A DNA stretch of 64,000 bases, from assembly GCA_031266775.1 (NCBI GenBank), contig JAISAQ010000056.1, positions 34,655 through 98,654 on the forward strand, read 5' to 3'. Shown here piece by piece: positions 27,357-36,960 of the stretch; positions within the stretch are counted from its first letter, which is position 1, and every line of letters begins with the position of its first letter. The DNA comes from Treponema sp. (GTDB lineage Bacteria > Spirochaetota > Spirochaetia > Treponematales > Breznakiellaceae). Position numbers and translations under genes: made by a program. The notes under the pieces are model-generated. The model did no database searches and was not told the DNA's origin. It was given only the letters and a program-made list of their open reading frames with translations.

Positions 27357-29417
27357 TCAGCCGATTTCGGCAATAGGCTGCTGAGAGGCAATCTGGACAC
27401 CCGGCTGCACAAGGAAATGAACCGTACCCGAAACGGTAGCCTTTATTTCCAGTTCCATCTTCATTGACTCAATAATAACTACCGTGTCGCCTGAGGCAAC
27501 CTGCGCGCCCTCGTTTACCGCGTAACGGAGCAGGGTCCCGGCAACAGGAGCGGGAATTACGGTGGAAGCCCCGTCCGGAGCGGAAACCGGGGAAGCAGCT
27601 TCCGCCGTGGCGGCCCCGGCGGCCGGATCAAATCCCGCCGCCGGAAGGGAAACGCCCGCCCCCAGGATTTCGGCAACAGGCTGCTGGGAGGCTACCTGCG
27701 TACCGGCCGGCACAAGGAAGTGTATTTTGCCCGGAGCGGTGGACTTTATCTCCAGCTCCATCTTCATGGACTCGATGATAAGCACCGTGTCCCCCGAGGC
27801 AACCTCTTCGCCTTCGCCGGCCACATAACGGAGTACGGTCCCGGCGACGGGAGCGGGAATGACCGCGGCGGCGCTTCCGGCGGATACGGCCGGGGCGGAC
27901 GCGCCCGGCGCGGGGGCAACCGCCACAGTCCCGGCGGGAGCAACCACGACATTGTAGTTCGCGCCGTTCACGTTGACCGTGTAGCGGGCCGCCTGTCCCG
28001 GAGCGGGGCCGGCGGAAGAACCCGCCTGCGCGGAGAGAGTCCCGGCTTCGGGCTTAAAGACCACCGGCCCTTCGGCCCGTTTCTTGAAGAAGCCGGGAGC
28101 CACCTTGGGGAACATCGCCAGGGTAAGGACATCTTCCACGGAAACCGTTTCGGTTTCAAGAAGTTTCTTGGCCTCCCCTTCCAGCTTGTCGTATTCGGGA
28201 AGAATGTCGTCCGCCGGCCGGTGGGTAATTTCCTTATCCATTTTAAGGGCTTCAAGGGCCTTCTTTACCACGTCGGGGTTTTTGGGAGCCGGGCACGCGC
28301 CGTATTTACCGGCCATGAGATCCTGGAATTCCCCGGAAAGCCGGTTGTAGCGGCCGAAGAGAACATTGAACACCGCCTGGGTCCCCACAATCTGGCTCGT
28401 GGGGGTCACCAGGGGCGGATAGCCTGAATCCTTCTGGACCACGGCAATTTCCTTTAACACCGCGTCTATCTTGTCCGAAGCGCCCTGCTCCTTGAGCTGG
28501 CTTTCCAGATTGGAGAGCATGCCGCCCGGAACCTGCGACACAAGAATCCGCGTGTCCGCGCCGAGGAAACTGGACTCAAATTGTTTGTAGTTTTTCCGTA
28601 CCTCCCGGAAATAGGCGGCAATTTCCAGAAGCAGGCCGGTGTCAAGGCCCGTGTCGTATTCGGTTCCCCTGAAAATTTCCACCATTGTTTCGGTGGGGCT
28701 GTGGCTCGTGCCCATGGAAAGGGAAGAAATAACAGTATCGAGAATTTCCGCCCCGGCCTCGGCGGCCTTGGTTAACGTAGCAACGCTCATGCCGGTAGTG
28801 GCGTGGGAATGAATTTCAACAGGAAGATCGGTAACCTTCTTGATAGCCCTGACAAGATCATAGGCCACGTAGGGCTTTAAGAGCCCGGACATGTCTTTGA
28901 TACAGAGGGAATCAGCGCCTATGTCCGCGTACTGTTTGGCGAGTTCCGCGTACTTTTCAATGGTATGAAAGGGAGTAACCGCGTAGGAAATGGCGGCCTG
29001 AATATGTTTGCCGGTTTTTTTCGCGGCGTCTATGGCCGCCTTGAAATTCCGGGGATCGTTGACGGCGTCGAAGATCCGGAAAATATCAACCCCGTCTTTG
29101 GCGGCGTATTCCACGAATTTTGCCACTACATCGTCGGCGTAATGCCGGTAACCCAGAAGGTTCTGTCCCCGCAGGAGCATCATGATCTTCGTATTGGGCA
29201 GGGCGGCTTTGAGCTTTTTGAGCCGCTCCCAGGGATCTTCGTTCAAAAAACGGATACAGGAATCAAAGGTAGCGCCTCCCCAGGCTTCCAGCGCGAAAAA
29301 GCCCGCCCTGTCCAGCTTGTCGCAGACGGGAAGCATATCGGCGGTAACCATGCGGGTAGCAAACAGGGACTGATGGGCATCCCGAAGAACCAGATCGGTA
29401 AGTCTAACTTTCGGCAT
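27357..29417 (-). CDS. oadA: Oxaloacetate decarboxylase alpha subunit (carboxyltransferase) with two C-terminal biotinyl domains
   Basis: 686 aa. [11 protein letters not shown]-barrel carboxyltransferase, then [14 protein letters not shown], then two copies of ...[11 protein letters not shown]....[20 protein letters not shown]... (biotin Lys codons at 27762-27764 and 27459-27461). Confidence 0.85.
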   Translation of the reverse strand: MPKVRLTDLVLRDAHQSLFATRMVTADMLPVCDKLDRAGFFALEAWGGATFDSCIRFLNEDPWERLKKLKAALPNTKIMMLLRGQNLLGYRHYADDVVAKFVEYAAKDGVDIFRIFDAVNDPRNFKAAIDAAKKTGKHIQAAISYAVTPFHTIEKYAELAKQYADIGADSLCIKDMSGLLKPYVAYDLVRAIKKVTDLPVEIHSHATTGMSVATLTKAAEAGAEILDTVISSLSMGTSHSPTETMVEIFRGTEYDTGLDTGLLLEIAAYFREVRKNYKQFESSFLGADTRILVSQVPGGMLSNLESQLKEQGASDKIDAVLKEIAVVQKDSGYPPLVTPTSQIVGTQAVFNVLFGRYNRLSGEFQDLMAGKYGACPAPKNPDVVKKALEALKMDKEITHRPADDILPEYDKLEGEAKKLLETETVSVEDVLTLAMFPKVAPGFFKKRAEGPVVFKPEAGTLSAQAGSSAGPAPGQAARYTVNVNGANYNVVVAPAGTVAVAPAPGASAPAVSAGSAAAVIPAPVAGTVLRYVAGEGEEVASGDTVLIIESMKMELEIKSTAPGKIHFLVPAGTQVASQQPVAEILGAGVSLPAAGFDPAAGAATAEAASPVSAPDGASTVIPAPVAGTLLRYAVNEGAQVASGDTVVIIESMKMELEIKATVSGTVHFLVQPGVQIASQQPIAEIG
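27360..27866 (-). repeat. Internal tandem duplication encoding two biotinyl-carrier domains
   Basis: Domain A is 27666-27866 and domain B is 27360-27563, separated by a 34-aa Ala/Gly/Pro linker. The two domains align without gaps and most positions are identical. Confidence 0.85.
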
Positions 29418-29457
29418 TGTTTCTTTCCTTATATGTGTAAAATTTTCGGCGTGTACG

Positions 29458-29706
29458 TTATTTCCGCGATTTGCCGTATTCCGTTACCGCCGCGGAAATT
29501 GCCGCGGTCACGGCGCCTGATGTCCCTGAAGCCCCGCCTGATGATGTGGGGACGGCCGGCCGGACATCCTTGTCGGCTCCAACAGCATGCAGGAGCTTCC
29601 CGACAAGCGTTACAAAGACAACCAGAATAATCAGAAACGAAAACACAATACCCATGCCGAGCAGGGTAAGAATACCGCTTTGCCCCAGCATTTGAAAAAT
29701 GGTCAT
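29458..29706 (-). CDS. oadG: Oxaloacetate decarboxylase gamma subunit
   Basis: Track ORF runs to 29739. I prefer the ATG at 29706 (MTIFQMLGQSGILTLLGMGIVFSFLIILV...), 5 nt after GGGAGG. Single-TM OadG-like N-terminus. Confidence 0.7.
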   Translation of the reverse strand: MTIFQMLGQSGILTLLGMGIVFSFLIILVVFVTLVGKLLHAVGADKDVRPAVPTSSGGASGTSGAVTAAISAAVTEYGKSRK

Positions 29707-29740
29707 ACAACCTCCCGTGCAGATAAAAAATTGGTACATA

Positions 29741-29795
29741 AAAACAAAAAACAGACAGGACTTTCAAATTTCAAAATAAATTTGAAAAGATCCTG
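29741..29795 (-). terminator. Rho-independent terminator after abfA
   Basis: Minus strand: CAGGATCTTTTCAAATTT-ATTTTG-AAATTTGAAAGTCCTG (29795-29756), an imperfect hairpin, followed by TCTGTTTTTTGTTTTT. Confidence 0.5.
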
Positions 29796-29853
29796 TATAA
29801 ATATTAGCAAAAAAAGCGGGACAAGCGCAAGTAGGCCGTCAAGGACCCCTTTC

Positions 29854-31368
29854 TCAAAGATCCGCGCCAAAGCGGATGATGTTTACCGAATGGGGTAAAA
29901 GCCGGATTGTATCTTCCGGTTTGTAGGCTGCGGCGCGGGGCGGTTCCGGAGCCGCGCCGGTATGGTCTATATCGTTACAGGACTCCGTGCCTGTACCTGT
30001 CAGGGTATGAATACAGTATCCGGAAGGAATGGAACCGCCCGGCCAGACAACGCGGAATTCCCGCGGGTTTGCCGCATCCTTGTTTACCGCCGCAATGACG
30101 ATACCGCCTTCCGCGTTAAGGGTCGCAATTGTATCAAGGGCGCCTGTTTCCGCCCGGTTTCCCGCCTTGTCCCGGACCTCCAGGACCGGATCGTCCGACG
30201 TATAGGTGTCCAGTACTGTTTCCCCCAGGTTATTCACATAGAGGTCAAATACATGGTAGGCCGGCCGGAGAACAATTCCGTCTTTGTGGGTATATATACA
30301 GCCCCGGGTATTCACCACAGGCGCGAAGTTGGCCATCCCTACAATGTCGCAGTTGCGGTTCGCCATGTTAAGGAAACAGGCGGTAAACACCGCGTCCGCC
30401 ATGGTATAACAGCGGTTGTCATCGTTAAGATCCCGGGGCGTGATATACTCTTCAGGCTCAAGGCCGGTATCAACCCTGGGGTGGTGCCAGCCCCGGAGGT
30501 TCCATTCGTCAAAGGCGATACGGATCCGTTTTTGAAGCCCCATCGCCGCAAGGAGCCCCCGGACCCTGGCAACCTGATCCTCCAGCGTGTTGGTAAAAAC
30601 CATGGACGCCTCATAGCCGGCAAACGTGTTATCCTGCCACAGGCCGTCCCAGTAACCGTGAAGGGATATCCAGCGCAGCCTTTCGCCGCAGTTCCGCAAA
30701 AGATTGATGTTCCAGTCCAGATCCGCCAGGGCGGCGGCGGAAAGCTCTATCCGGGGATCGACCCGCTTCATCATTTTGGCGGATTCGGTTACGAAGCGCC
30801 CCCACTCGGCGGCGGACTTGGCGCCTATCTCGCCGCCCAGGTAGTTTTCGTTACCGATGCTCCAGTATTTTACCCCGTAGGGCTCCGCGTGCCCGCCGGC
30901 GATCCGCTGTTTTGCCCAGGGCCCTTCATGGGGCAGATTGCAGTATTCCACCCAGTCGCTCATCTCCTCCGCGCCGCCGCTTCCGGCGTTGGTACAGATA
31001 TAGGGTTCACAGCCAACCTTACGGCAAAAGGCGATGTACTCGTCGGTCCCGAAGGTATTGGGCTCCTCCACCCGCCAGGCCTTGTCGAAACCGGGAACCC
31101 GCCGCGGCCCCACCGCGTCTTTCCAGTGATGGGCGGACACAAAGCAGCCGCCCGGCCAGCGCAGGACCGGGACTTTGATACGCCGCAGGGCTTTTATCAC
31201 GTCGGTCCTGAATCCCTCTGCATCGGAAAGGGGATTTCCGGGATCGAAGATGCCGCCGTAGATCTGGCGGTGAAAGTGCTCGATAAAGTGGCCGTATATC
31301 ATGGCGTCCCGTTTTCCCTTTATACGGCGGGTATCAATATGCAGATTCATGGTACGGAAATTAGTCAT
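29854..31368 (-). CDS. abfA: Alpha-L-arabinofuranosidase, GH51
   Basis: 504 aa. Motifs: ...IYGHFIEH....IYGGI..., LRWPGG.FVS..HW.D..GP, and YW.IGNE (acid/base Glu). AGGAG lies upstream of the ATG. Confidence 0.85.
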   Translation of the reverse strand: MTNFRTMNLHIDTRRIKGKRDAMIYGHFIEHFHRQIYGGIFDPGNPLSDAEGFRTDVIKALRRIKVPVLRWPGGCFVSAHHWKDAVGPRRVPGFDKAWRVEEPNTFGTDEYIAFCRKVGCEPYICTNAGSGGAEEMSDWVEYCNLPHEGPWAKQRIAGGHAEPYGVKYWSIGNENYLGGEIGAKSAAEWGRFVTESAKMMKRVDPRIELSAAALADLDWNINLLRNCGERLRWISLHGYWDGLWQDNTFAGYEASMVFTNTLEDQVARVRGLLAAMGLQKRIRIAFDEWNLRGWHHPRVDTGLEPEEYITPRDLNDDNRCYTMADAVFTACFLNMANRNCDIVGMANFAPVVNTRGCIYTHKDGIVLRPAYHVFDLYVNNLGETVLDTYTSDDPVLEVRDKAGNRAETGALDTIATLNAEGGIVIAAVNKDAANPREFRVVWPGGSIPSGYCIHTLTGTGTESCNDIDHTGAAPEPPRAAAYKPEDTIRLLPHSVNIIRFGADL

Positions 31369-31417
31369 GGGGTTCTCCTGATCTGCGGGCCGGATTCAGG
31401 CCCTTTTCTCTGGTTGA

Positions 31418-31490
31418 CATATGAGCTTGTTCCAAAAACTGAAGTTTTGGAACAGCCTCATATGGTAAACCGCTTTTTAAGCCCGGTCAA
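31418..31490 (-). promoter_or_regulatory. abfA promoter overlapped by a 20-bp-arm inverted repeat (operator candidate)
   Basis: Minus-strand TTGACC (31490-31485), 17 nt, TACCAT (31467-31462). The inverted repeat is CATATGAGCTTGTTCCAAAA (31418-31437), 7 nt, TTTTGGAACAGCCTCATATG (31445-31464), with 18 of 20 positions complementary. Confidence 0.55.
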
Positions 31491-31597
31491 TAAAAGATTT
31501 GAAGTTATTCCTTTTCCCTGATACCCGAAAGCGCCGCATAATTAACAGTCCGGTGCCCGTCTATACACCGTTCCCCAAAAACAACTATGCTTGTACC

Positions 31598-33025
31598 ATG
31601 CTTTTTCCCCTTGTCAGGGACATACGTTCCCTTTCCCCAAAGAACCAGGACGTGACCGTGCGCGGCTGGGTCAGAACCAGGCGGGAAATGAAAAACCTCG
31701 TTTTTATCGAGGTAAACGACGGCTCCTCCCTTACCGGCATACAGTGCGTTTTTGACAGGGGCGGCGGGGGAAACGCGGGCGCGGGCGCGGGCGCGAAAGA
31801 GGGGAACACGGCGGGAACGCTTGCCGCGCTGGGAACAGGCGCGTCGGTGGAAATACGGGGGCGTCTTGTCCCCTCCCCCGCAGCGGGGCAGGACGTGGAA
31901 GTGGCCGTGTCGGAAATCGCCGTCCTTGGCCCCGCGCCCGCCGAAAGCTACCCGCTGCAAAAGAAACACCATTCGCTGGAATTTCTCCGGGAAATAGCCC
32001 ACCTCAGGGCCAGGACCACTACCTTCGGCGCGGTGGCGCGGGTGCGCAGCAATCTTGCCTTTGCGGTACACCGGTTTTTCCGGGAGCGGGGTTTTCTGTA
32101 TCTGCATACTCCCGTTATCACGTCAAACGACGCCGAAGGCGCGGGGGCCATGTTCCGCGTCACCACCCTCGATCCGTCCGTAAAACCGGAATCGGGCTAC
32201 GGCGGGGATTTTTTCGGCAGGGCCGCTTATTTAACCGTCTCGGGCCAGCTTGAGGCGGAAACCTACGCCTGCGCCCTTTCGCGGGTATACACCTTTGGCC
32301 CGGCCTTCAGGGCGGAAAATTCAAACACCGTCCGCCACCTCGCGGAATTCTGGATGATAGAGCCTGAAATGGCCTTTGCCTCCCTTGAAGACGACATGGA
32401 TCTGGCGGAAGATTTTCTTAAAAGCCTCTTTACCGCCGCCCTTGAGGACTGCGCCCGAGACATTGCCTTTTTCGACAAACATTTTTCCGGGGAACACGCA
32501 GGGAAGGGAATCGCCGGAACGCTGGAAGAGGCGGCCGCGTCGCGTTTCGTCCGCATGACCTATACCGAGGCGGTGCGCGAACTGGAAAAAGCGGCGGATT
32601 CCTTTGAATACAGGCCCCGCTGGGGATGCGATCTCCAGAGCGAACATGAAAAATTCCTCACCGAAAAAGTTGCCGGCGGGCCTGTGATCGTCACTTCCTA
32701 TCCAAAGGAAATCAAGGCCTTTTACATGAAGATGAACGATGATGAAAAAACAGTCCGCGCAATGGACGTTCTTGTGCCCAGGCTGGGAGAGATCATCGGC
32801 GGTTCCCAGCGCGAAGACGATCCTCTAAAGCTTTCCCGGCGCATGGAGGAACTGGGCATGAAGACGGACAACTACTTCTGGTACCTTGATCTCCGCCGTT
32901 ACGGCTCCGTTCCCCATTCGGGCTTCGGCCTGGGTTTTGAACGGCTCATCCAGTATGTAACAGGCATGATCAACATACGGGACGTGATTCCTTACCCAAG
33001 GGCGGCAGGACAGGCCGAATTTTAG
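31598..33025 (+). CDS. asnS: Asparagine--tRNA ligase
   Basis: Track ORF starts at 31499. I prefer the ATG at 31598 ([12 protein letters not shown]...[26 protein letters not shown]). Class II motifs: [17 protein letters not shown] and GFGLGFERL. Confidence 0.9.
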   Translation: MLFPLVRDIRSLSPKNQDVTVRGWVRTRREMKNLVFIEVNDGSSLTGIQCVFDRGGGGNAGAGAGAKEGNTAGTLAALGTGASVEIRGRLVPSPAAGQDVEVAVSEIAVLGPAPAESYPLQKKHHSLEFLREIAHLRARTTTFGAVARVRSNLAFAVHRFFRERGFLYLHTPVITSNDAEGAGAMFRVTTLDPSVKPESGYGGDFFGRAAYLTVSGQLEAETYACALSRVYTFGPAFRAENSNTVRHLAEFWMIEPEMAFASLEDDMDLAEDFLKSLFTAALEDCARDIAFFDKHFSGEHAGKGIAGTLEEAAASRFVRMTYTEAVRELEKAADSFEYRPRWGCDLQSEHEKFLTEKVAGGPVIVTSYPKEIKAFYMKMNDDEKTVRAMDVLVPRLGEIIGGSQREDDPLKLSRRMEELGMKTDNYFWYLDLRRYGSVPHSGFGLGFERLIQYVTGMINIRDVIPYPRAAGQAEF

Positions 33026-33047
33026 GAAACGGATGTTTCTTTGAAGA

Positions 33048-34277
33048 ATGTTTATTGAGAGAATGAAGAGAAAAAAAATCCGCGCGCTGTGTGCGCTGTT
33101 CCTCTGCGCCTGTTCCCTTTCCGCCCAGAATTTCAGGGACGACGCCCCCGGGATCGTATCGCGGGCCGCGGCGCTCATTGACGCGGAAACGGGGACGGTG
33201 CTCTACGAAAAAAACCCGGACCTCGAGATTCCCCCGGCGTCGCTGACCAAACTCATGACCATGCACATCGTCTTTCGCGAGATCGCCGCGGGGCGGGCGT
33301 CTCTTGACGAAACGGTTCCCCTTCCCCCCGAAAGCTGGGCGGAAAACCAGCCCCCCGGATCAAGCCTCATGTTCCTGGGCCCCGGCCAGCGGGTAAACCT
33401 TAGGGAACTGCTGCTCGGCCTTGCCGTGTCGTCGGGAAACGACGCCGCCGTGGCGGCCGCCCTGCGCTTTGCCCCGGCGGTGCGGGACTTTGCCGGGATC
33501 ATGAACGCGGAAGCCCGCCGCATGGGTCTTGTAAAGACCCGCTTTACCGAGCCGTCGGGGATCTCGGAAAACAACATCACCACAGCCGGGGAATTTGCCG
33601 CCTTTTGCCGCGAATACGTGCGGCAGCACCCCGAAAGTCTTTCCGCCTTTCACTCCGCTCCGGAATTTGCCTATCCCTCCGCGTCAAACGCGGAAACGGG
33701 GACGCGGAACAGGCCCCGCACAATAGTGCAGCGGAACCGCAACACGCTGCTGCGGAATTTTCCCGGTGCGGACGGCCTTAAAACAGGCTACATAGACGAG
33801 TCGGGCTACAACATCGCCCTTACCGCCAAAAGGGAAGAAACACGGTTCATCGCGGTGCTGCTGGGCGCGCCTTCGGGCCCCGGCGGGGAGGCGGCGCGGG
33901 ACAGCGACGGGAGGAGGCTCCTTTCATGGGCCTTTGAACATTTCAGGACAATGCGGCCCCTTGTAAAACTCGAACCGGCGCGCCTGTGGAAGGGCAAATC
34001 GGACTGGGCCCGTCTTGTTCCGGCGGAGCCCCTTCCCTTTACCGTGCCGGCCGGAAGGGGAATTTCCCCCGCCTATACGGTGGAAATTACCGATCCCCTC
34101 GTCGCGCCGCTTCCCGAAGGATACCGGGCGGGAACCCTCGTCATCTCCGATGAATACGGGGAACTCCGCCGCGTCCCCCTTGTTACCCGGGAAGCGTATG
34201 AAGAGGGGGGCTTTTTCAAACGGATGGGAGACGGCGTGAAGATGCTCTTCAGGCCGAAAAAAACCGGGATGAATTGA
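33048..34277 (+). CDS. Serine-type D-Ala-D-Ala carboxypeptidase (S11, PBP5/6-like)
   Basis: 409 aa. Signal peptide, PASLTKLMT (SxxK), SSGND (SxN), and LKTGY (KTG). Confidence 0.8.
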   Translation: MFIERMKRKKIRALCALFLCACSLSAQNFRDDAPGIVSRAAALIDAETGTVLYEKNPDLEIPPASLTKLMTMHIVFREIAAGRASLDETVPLPPESWAENQPPGSSLMFLGPGQRVNLRELLLGLAVSSGNDAAVAAALRFAPAVRDFAGIMNAEARRMGLVKTRFTEPSGISENNITTAGEFAAFCREYVRQHPESLSAFHSAPEFAYPSASNAETGTRNRPRTIVQRNRNTLLRNFPGADGLKTGYIDESGYNIALTAKREETRFIAVLLGAPSGPGGEAARDSDGRRLLSWAFEHFRTMRPLVKLEPARLWKGKSDWARLVPAEPLPFTVPAGRGISPAYTVEITDPLVAPLPEGYRAGTLVISDEYGELRRVPLVTREAYEEGGFFKRMGDGVKMLFRPKKTGMN

Positions 34278-34324
34278 CGGCGGCCGCCGCCGGGGCGCGG
34301 GACTGCTACTGCTTGCTACTGCTG

Positions 34325-36607
34325 CTAGCGGGAGTGTTCCAGAAGCGCCGATACTGTTACCAGGTCGTAGCCGGAACGGATCAGGGCGTCAAGAAGCACT
34401 TCGATTCTGAGGAAGAGATAATCGTTCCGTCCGCCGGGGAGGGCCCCAAGGCGTATGGGGATAATCGAGCCGGGCCGTTTAAGCCGCATGACGCGTTCTA
34501 TCATGCTTGAGGCGGAATACCGGGCAAGGGAAAGGCGCCCCCCTTCACCGCCGCGCACCCAGTCAAGGGGATCTACGTCCCGCCCCACCGTCCTGTAACC
34601 CGCGAGCGAAGCGGCGGCGGCTATTTCCGCGGAAACGGCGTAATACGGGGGATGCCAGAAAAGGCTGATTTCCCGCCCCGTCGCGCGGTAGTATTCGTCC
34701 TCGTTTCTGGCAAGGCCGCGGGCGATAAATTCCCCCGCCACACGGTAACGGGCGTCGGAAAGATCGGCGGGCGCGAAAAACATGGACGCCGCCTCATGGC
34801 CGTCTTCGGCTATTTCCCGGGCGGCGCCGGGATGACGGCGGATAAACTCGCCGTTAAGGAAAAAAGTCGCCTGAATCCCGTAACGGCGAAGGGCGGCGAG
34901 CACGCCCGGAAGTCCCGACGCATCGTCGTAGAGATCAAAGCACAGCGCCACTTCCCGCAGTCCTCCCCTCTTCCCGTGGGTAAAGAGACCGGGAACGGCG
35001 TCCTGAGGATCTTCGGAAAAGGCTTCTTCTTTTTCGTACTCAAAGGATGCAAGAAGCGGGGCGGTGCCCGTTGAGGCGGTGTTCCGTATCATGGGAAGAT
35101 TTTCGTAGGGACCGTAAAACTGCCGCTCAAGGTAGACGCGGTAACGGCCCGATACAAGGGAAGGGCGGCGCACACCTGGGGCCGCCGTTTCCGTCCAGGA
35201 AGATCTGCCGTCGGTCCCGTACCAGGCCCCGCCGTTCTTCGCGAAGATCCTGTTCCCCTTTTCCTCAAAGCCGAATTCGTCCGCGGCCGAAAGGCACACA
35301 AGGTTCCGCCCGCCCCGCACGTTTACCCGTTCTATACGGCCCGAGTCTCCTGAAATAAATTCTTCGTTGGCAAGCCACAGGCAGGAAACGCCGGGCCTTT
35401 CGCTTATCCGGCCGGAAAGACGCCAGTTCACGTAATCGTACAGGAAGACCCCCTCCGTGCCCCAGAGGAGCGCCCGCGTACCGTCAGGCGAAAGCGCGGC
35501 GTTTGAAGCCGGAGGATTCGGAAGGGGAACAAAGTTCACCTCCCCCGCCGCCGTATCGAGCCGCCAGGCGAGAACCTCGCTTCCTTCCCCGGCGGAAACA
35601 AGCGCCAGGACAGTTACAAGCCCCGGGGAGGACCAGAGTACGGTAATGTCCAGAGCGGAACGGGGTATCATTACATAGGGAAGGACGGCCCTGAAATCCG
35701 GCCCGCCAGGCTCGTAAGTACCGGCCTCAAGCGGGCAGTAAAAAAGGGTTCTCCTGTCACGGCATATCAGCATGGACCTGCCGCCGGGAGCGACGCGGAA
35801 AAAATCAAAGGAAGGATCAAAGTCAAAGGGGATCTTCCCCTCAAGGCTGCCCGGTTCAAGAAAATCCGCGTAGAGGGTACGGGCAAGAAGCCCCGAACCG
35901 CGCACCCGGTAAAGAGCGCTGCCCTTGAGGTAGAAGAAATCGCCTGAGGGCAGCCAGCTTACCGAATTGATTTCCCCCTCGCCTATTGTCCTGTACTGTT
36001 CGTCCATTCCCTCAGGCAAATTGACCGTGTGATAGTAGAGCCTGCCTTCACGGCTGTAGATAAACAGGCGGGAATCGGGGCTCCAGGAGGCGGGAAAATA
36101 CGGGCCGGGACGTTCGACATGCCGGGCCGCAATCCGCCTTGCGCCCGAGGCAATCTCAAGCAGGACGAGGTTCCCGTAGGCGGAACTTTCGGCTTCAAGA
36201 AAAAGGGCCCAGCGGCCGTCCGGGGAGGCGGCAAGATCCTCCGCGCGCCCGCCGGCGGCGGGAACGCCCGCGATAAACGAAGGAAAACCGGGAACGCCGC
36301 GGGGAAGCCCGCCTGAAACAGGAATCCGCACCGCGCCGAAGACATTCTGAATCTGCAGCGTCCGTCCTTCTCCAAGCAGCTCCATTTTTTCGGGAAACGC
36401 GGTTATCTGCTGAAGGGCGCGATCGGTAAGGCGGGAAATAAAAAGGGCGTGCTGATCCGGTGCGCCGTCTCCGGAGGATTCGGCCCTGAAGAGCAGCCGG
36501 TTATCCTCGGAAAGATCAAGATCGTAAAAACCAACCTTGGCCCCGGCATAAAAGGGAAAGGAAAAAAGAATCAGGGCAAAAAACAGGCGCCGCGTTCCGC
36601 GTCTCAT
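34325..36607 (-). CDS. Secreted beta-propeller (TolB/WD40-like) protein with a C-terminal polysaccharide deacetylase (NodB) domain
   Basis: Track ORF runs to 36748. I prefer the ATG at 36607 (MRRGTRRLFFALILFSFPFYAGA, signal peptide). The C-terminal 250 aa carry NodB-like FDLYDD..G, ATFF.NGEFI and HEAASM motifs. Confidence 0.7.
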   Translation of the reverse strand: MRRGTRRLFFALILFSFPFYAGAKVGFYDLDLSEDNRLLFRAESSGDGAPDQHALFISRLTDRALQQITAFPEKMELLGEGRTLQIQNVFGAVRIPVSGGLPRGVPGFPSFIAGVPAAGGRAEDLAASPDGRWALFLEAESSAYGNLVLLEIASGARRIAARHVERPGPYFPASWSPDSRLFIYSREGRLYYHTVNLPEGMDEQYRTIGEGEINSVSWLPSGDFFYLKGSALYRVRGSGLLARTLYADFLEPGSLEGKIPFDFDPSFDFFRVAPGGRSMLICRDRRTLFYCPLEAGTYEPGGPDFRAVLPYVMIPRSALDITVLWSSPGLVTVLALVSAGEGSEVLAWRLDTAAGEVNFVPLPNPPASNAALSPDGTRALLWGTEGVFLYDYVNWRLSGRISERPGVSCLWLANEEFISGDSGRIERVNVRGGRNLVCLSAADEFGFEEKGNRIFAKNGGAWYGTDGRSSWTETAAPGVRRPSLVSGRYRVYLERQFYGPYENLPMIRNTASTGTAPLLASFEYEKEEAFSEDPQDAVPGLFTHGKRGGLREVALCFDLYDDASGLPGVLAALRRYGIQATFFLNGEFIRRHPGAAREIAEDGHEAASMFFAPADLSDARYRVAGEFIARGLARNEDEYYRATGREISLFWHPPYYAVSAEIAAAASLAGYRTVGRDVDPLDWVRGGEGGRLSLARYSASSMIERVMRLKRPGSIIPIRLGALPGGRNDYLFLRIEVLLDALIRSGYDLVTVSALLEHSR

Positions 36608-36608
36608 A

Positions 36609-36800
36609 TCACGCAGATCCGCCTTCTTTCCTGTTCCGAAGAAAAACATCCAGCTCCATTTCCAGATTGGCAAGACATTCCTCCATTTCCCTGATCCGGC
36701 GCACGGAATAACGGATCTGTTTATCCGCGAGACCTTCGCAGGCGGCATCCAGAACAGCCTCGAAAGAAGGAAAAACTGCCGGTTTTTCGACGGACGCCAT
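36609..36800 (-). CDS. Hypothetical 63-aa protein
   Basis: Its stop (36611-36609) is 1 nt from the next ATG (36607). No clear RBS and no recognised family. Confidence 0.3.
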   Translation of the reverse strand: MASVEKPAVFPSFEAVLDAACEGLADKQIRYSVRRIREMEECLANLEMELDVFLRNRKEGGSA

Positions 36801-36810
36801 AACGGAACGT

Positions 36811-36933
36811 TTAATTATTGACGCCGGCTTCCATTACCGGTTCGGCGGTAATGCCGGGCCCCGAATTGTCAAAAGCCCTGATAAAGGTAACCACAGCGAT
36901 AAAGGCAATAAGTATCAACATAAGATTACGCAT
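36811..36933 (-). CDS. Hypothetical 40-aa single-TM micro-protein
   Basis: My own translation: MRNLMLILIAFIAVVTFIRAFDNSGPGITAEPVMEAGVNN*. GGAGG lies 4 nt upstream of the ATG. It is too short for the ORF track. Confidence 0.4.
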   Translation of the reverse strand: MRNLMLILIAFIAVVTFIRAFDNSGPGITAEPVMEAGVNN

Positions 36934-36960
36934 GAAACCTCCGCTTTTAGCGTACCGTTT

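Noticed and set aside
25898-27376. A 492-aa plus-strand ORF. Similar long ORFs occur at 29962..31521 (+), 57412..58866 (+), 52808..53860 (+), 16256..17107 (-), 40151..41326 (-) and 17427..18251 (-).
   Set aside because: Each lies antisense to, or out of frame with, a gene that has clear family motifs. Their products are Arg/Gly/Pro-rich low-complexity strings, typical of spurious ORFs in GC-rich DNA. None has a convincing RBS or recognisable motif.
34303-34322. A perfect tandem 10-mer TGCTACTGCT x2 in the 47-nt gap between convergent genes.
   Set aside because: It has only two copies and 20 nt in total, with no hairpin or T-tract. That is too little to call a feature.
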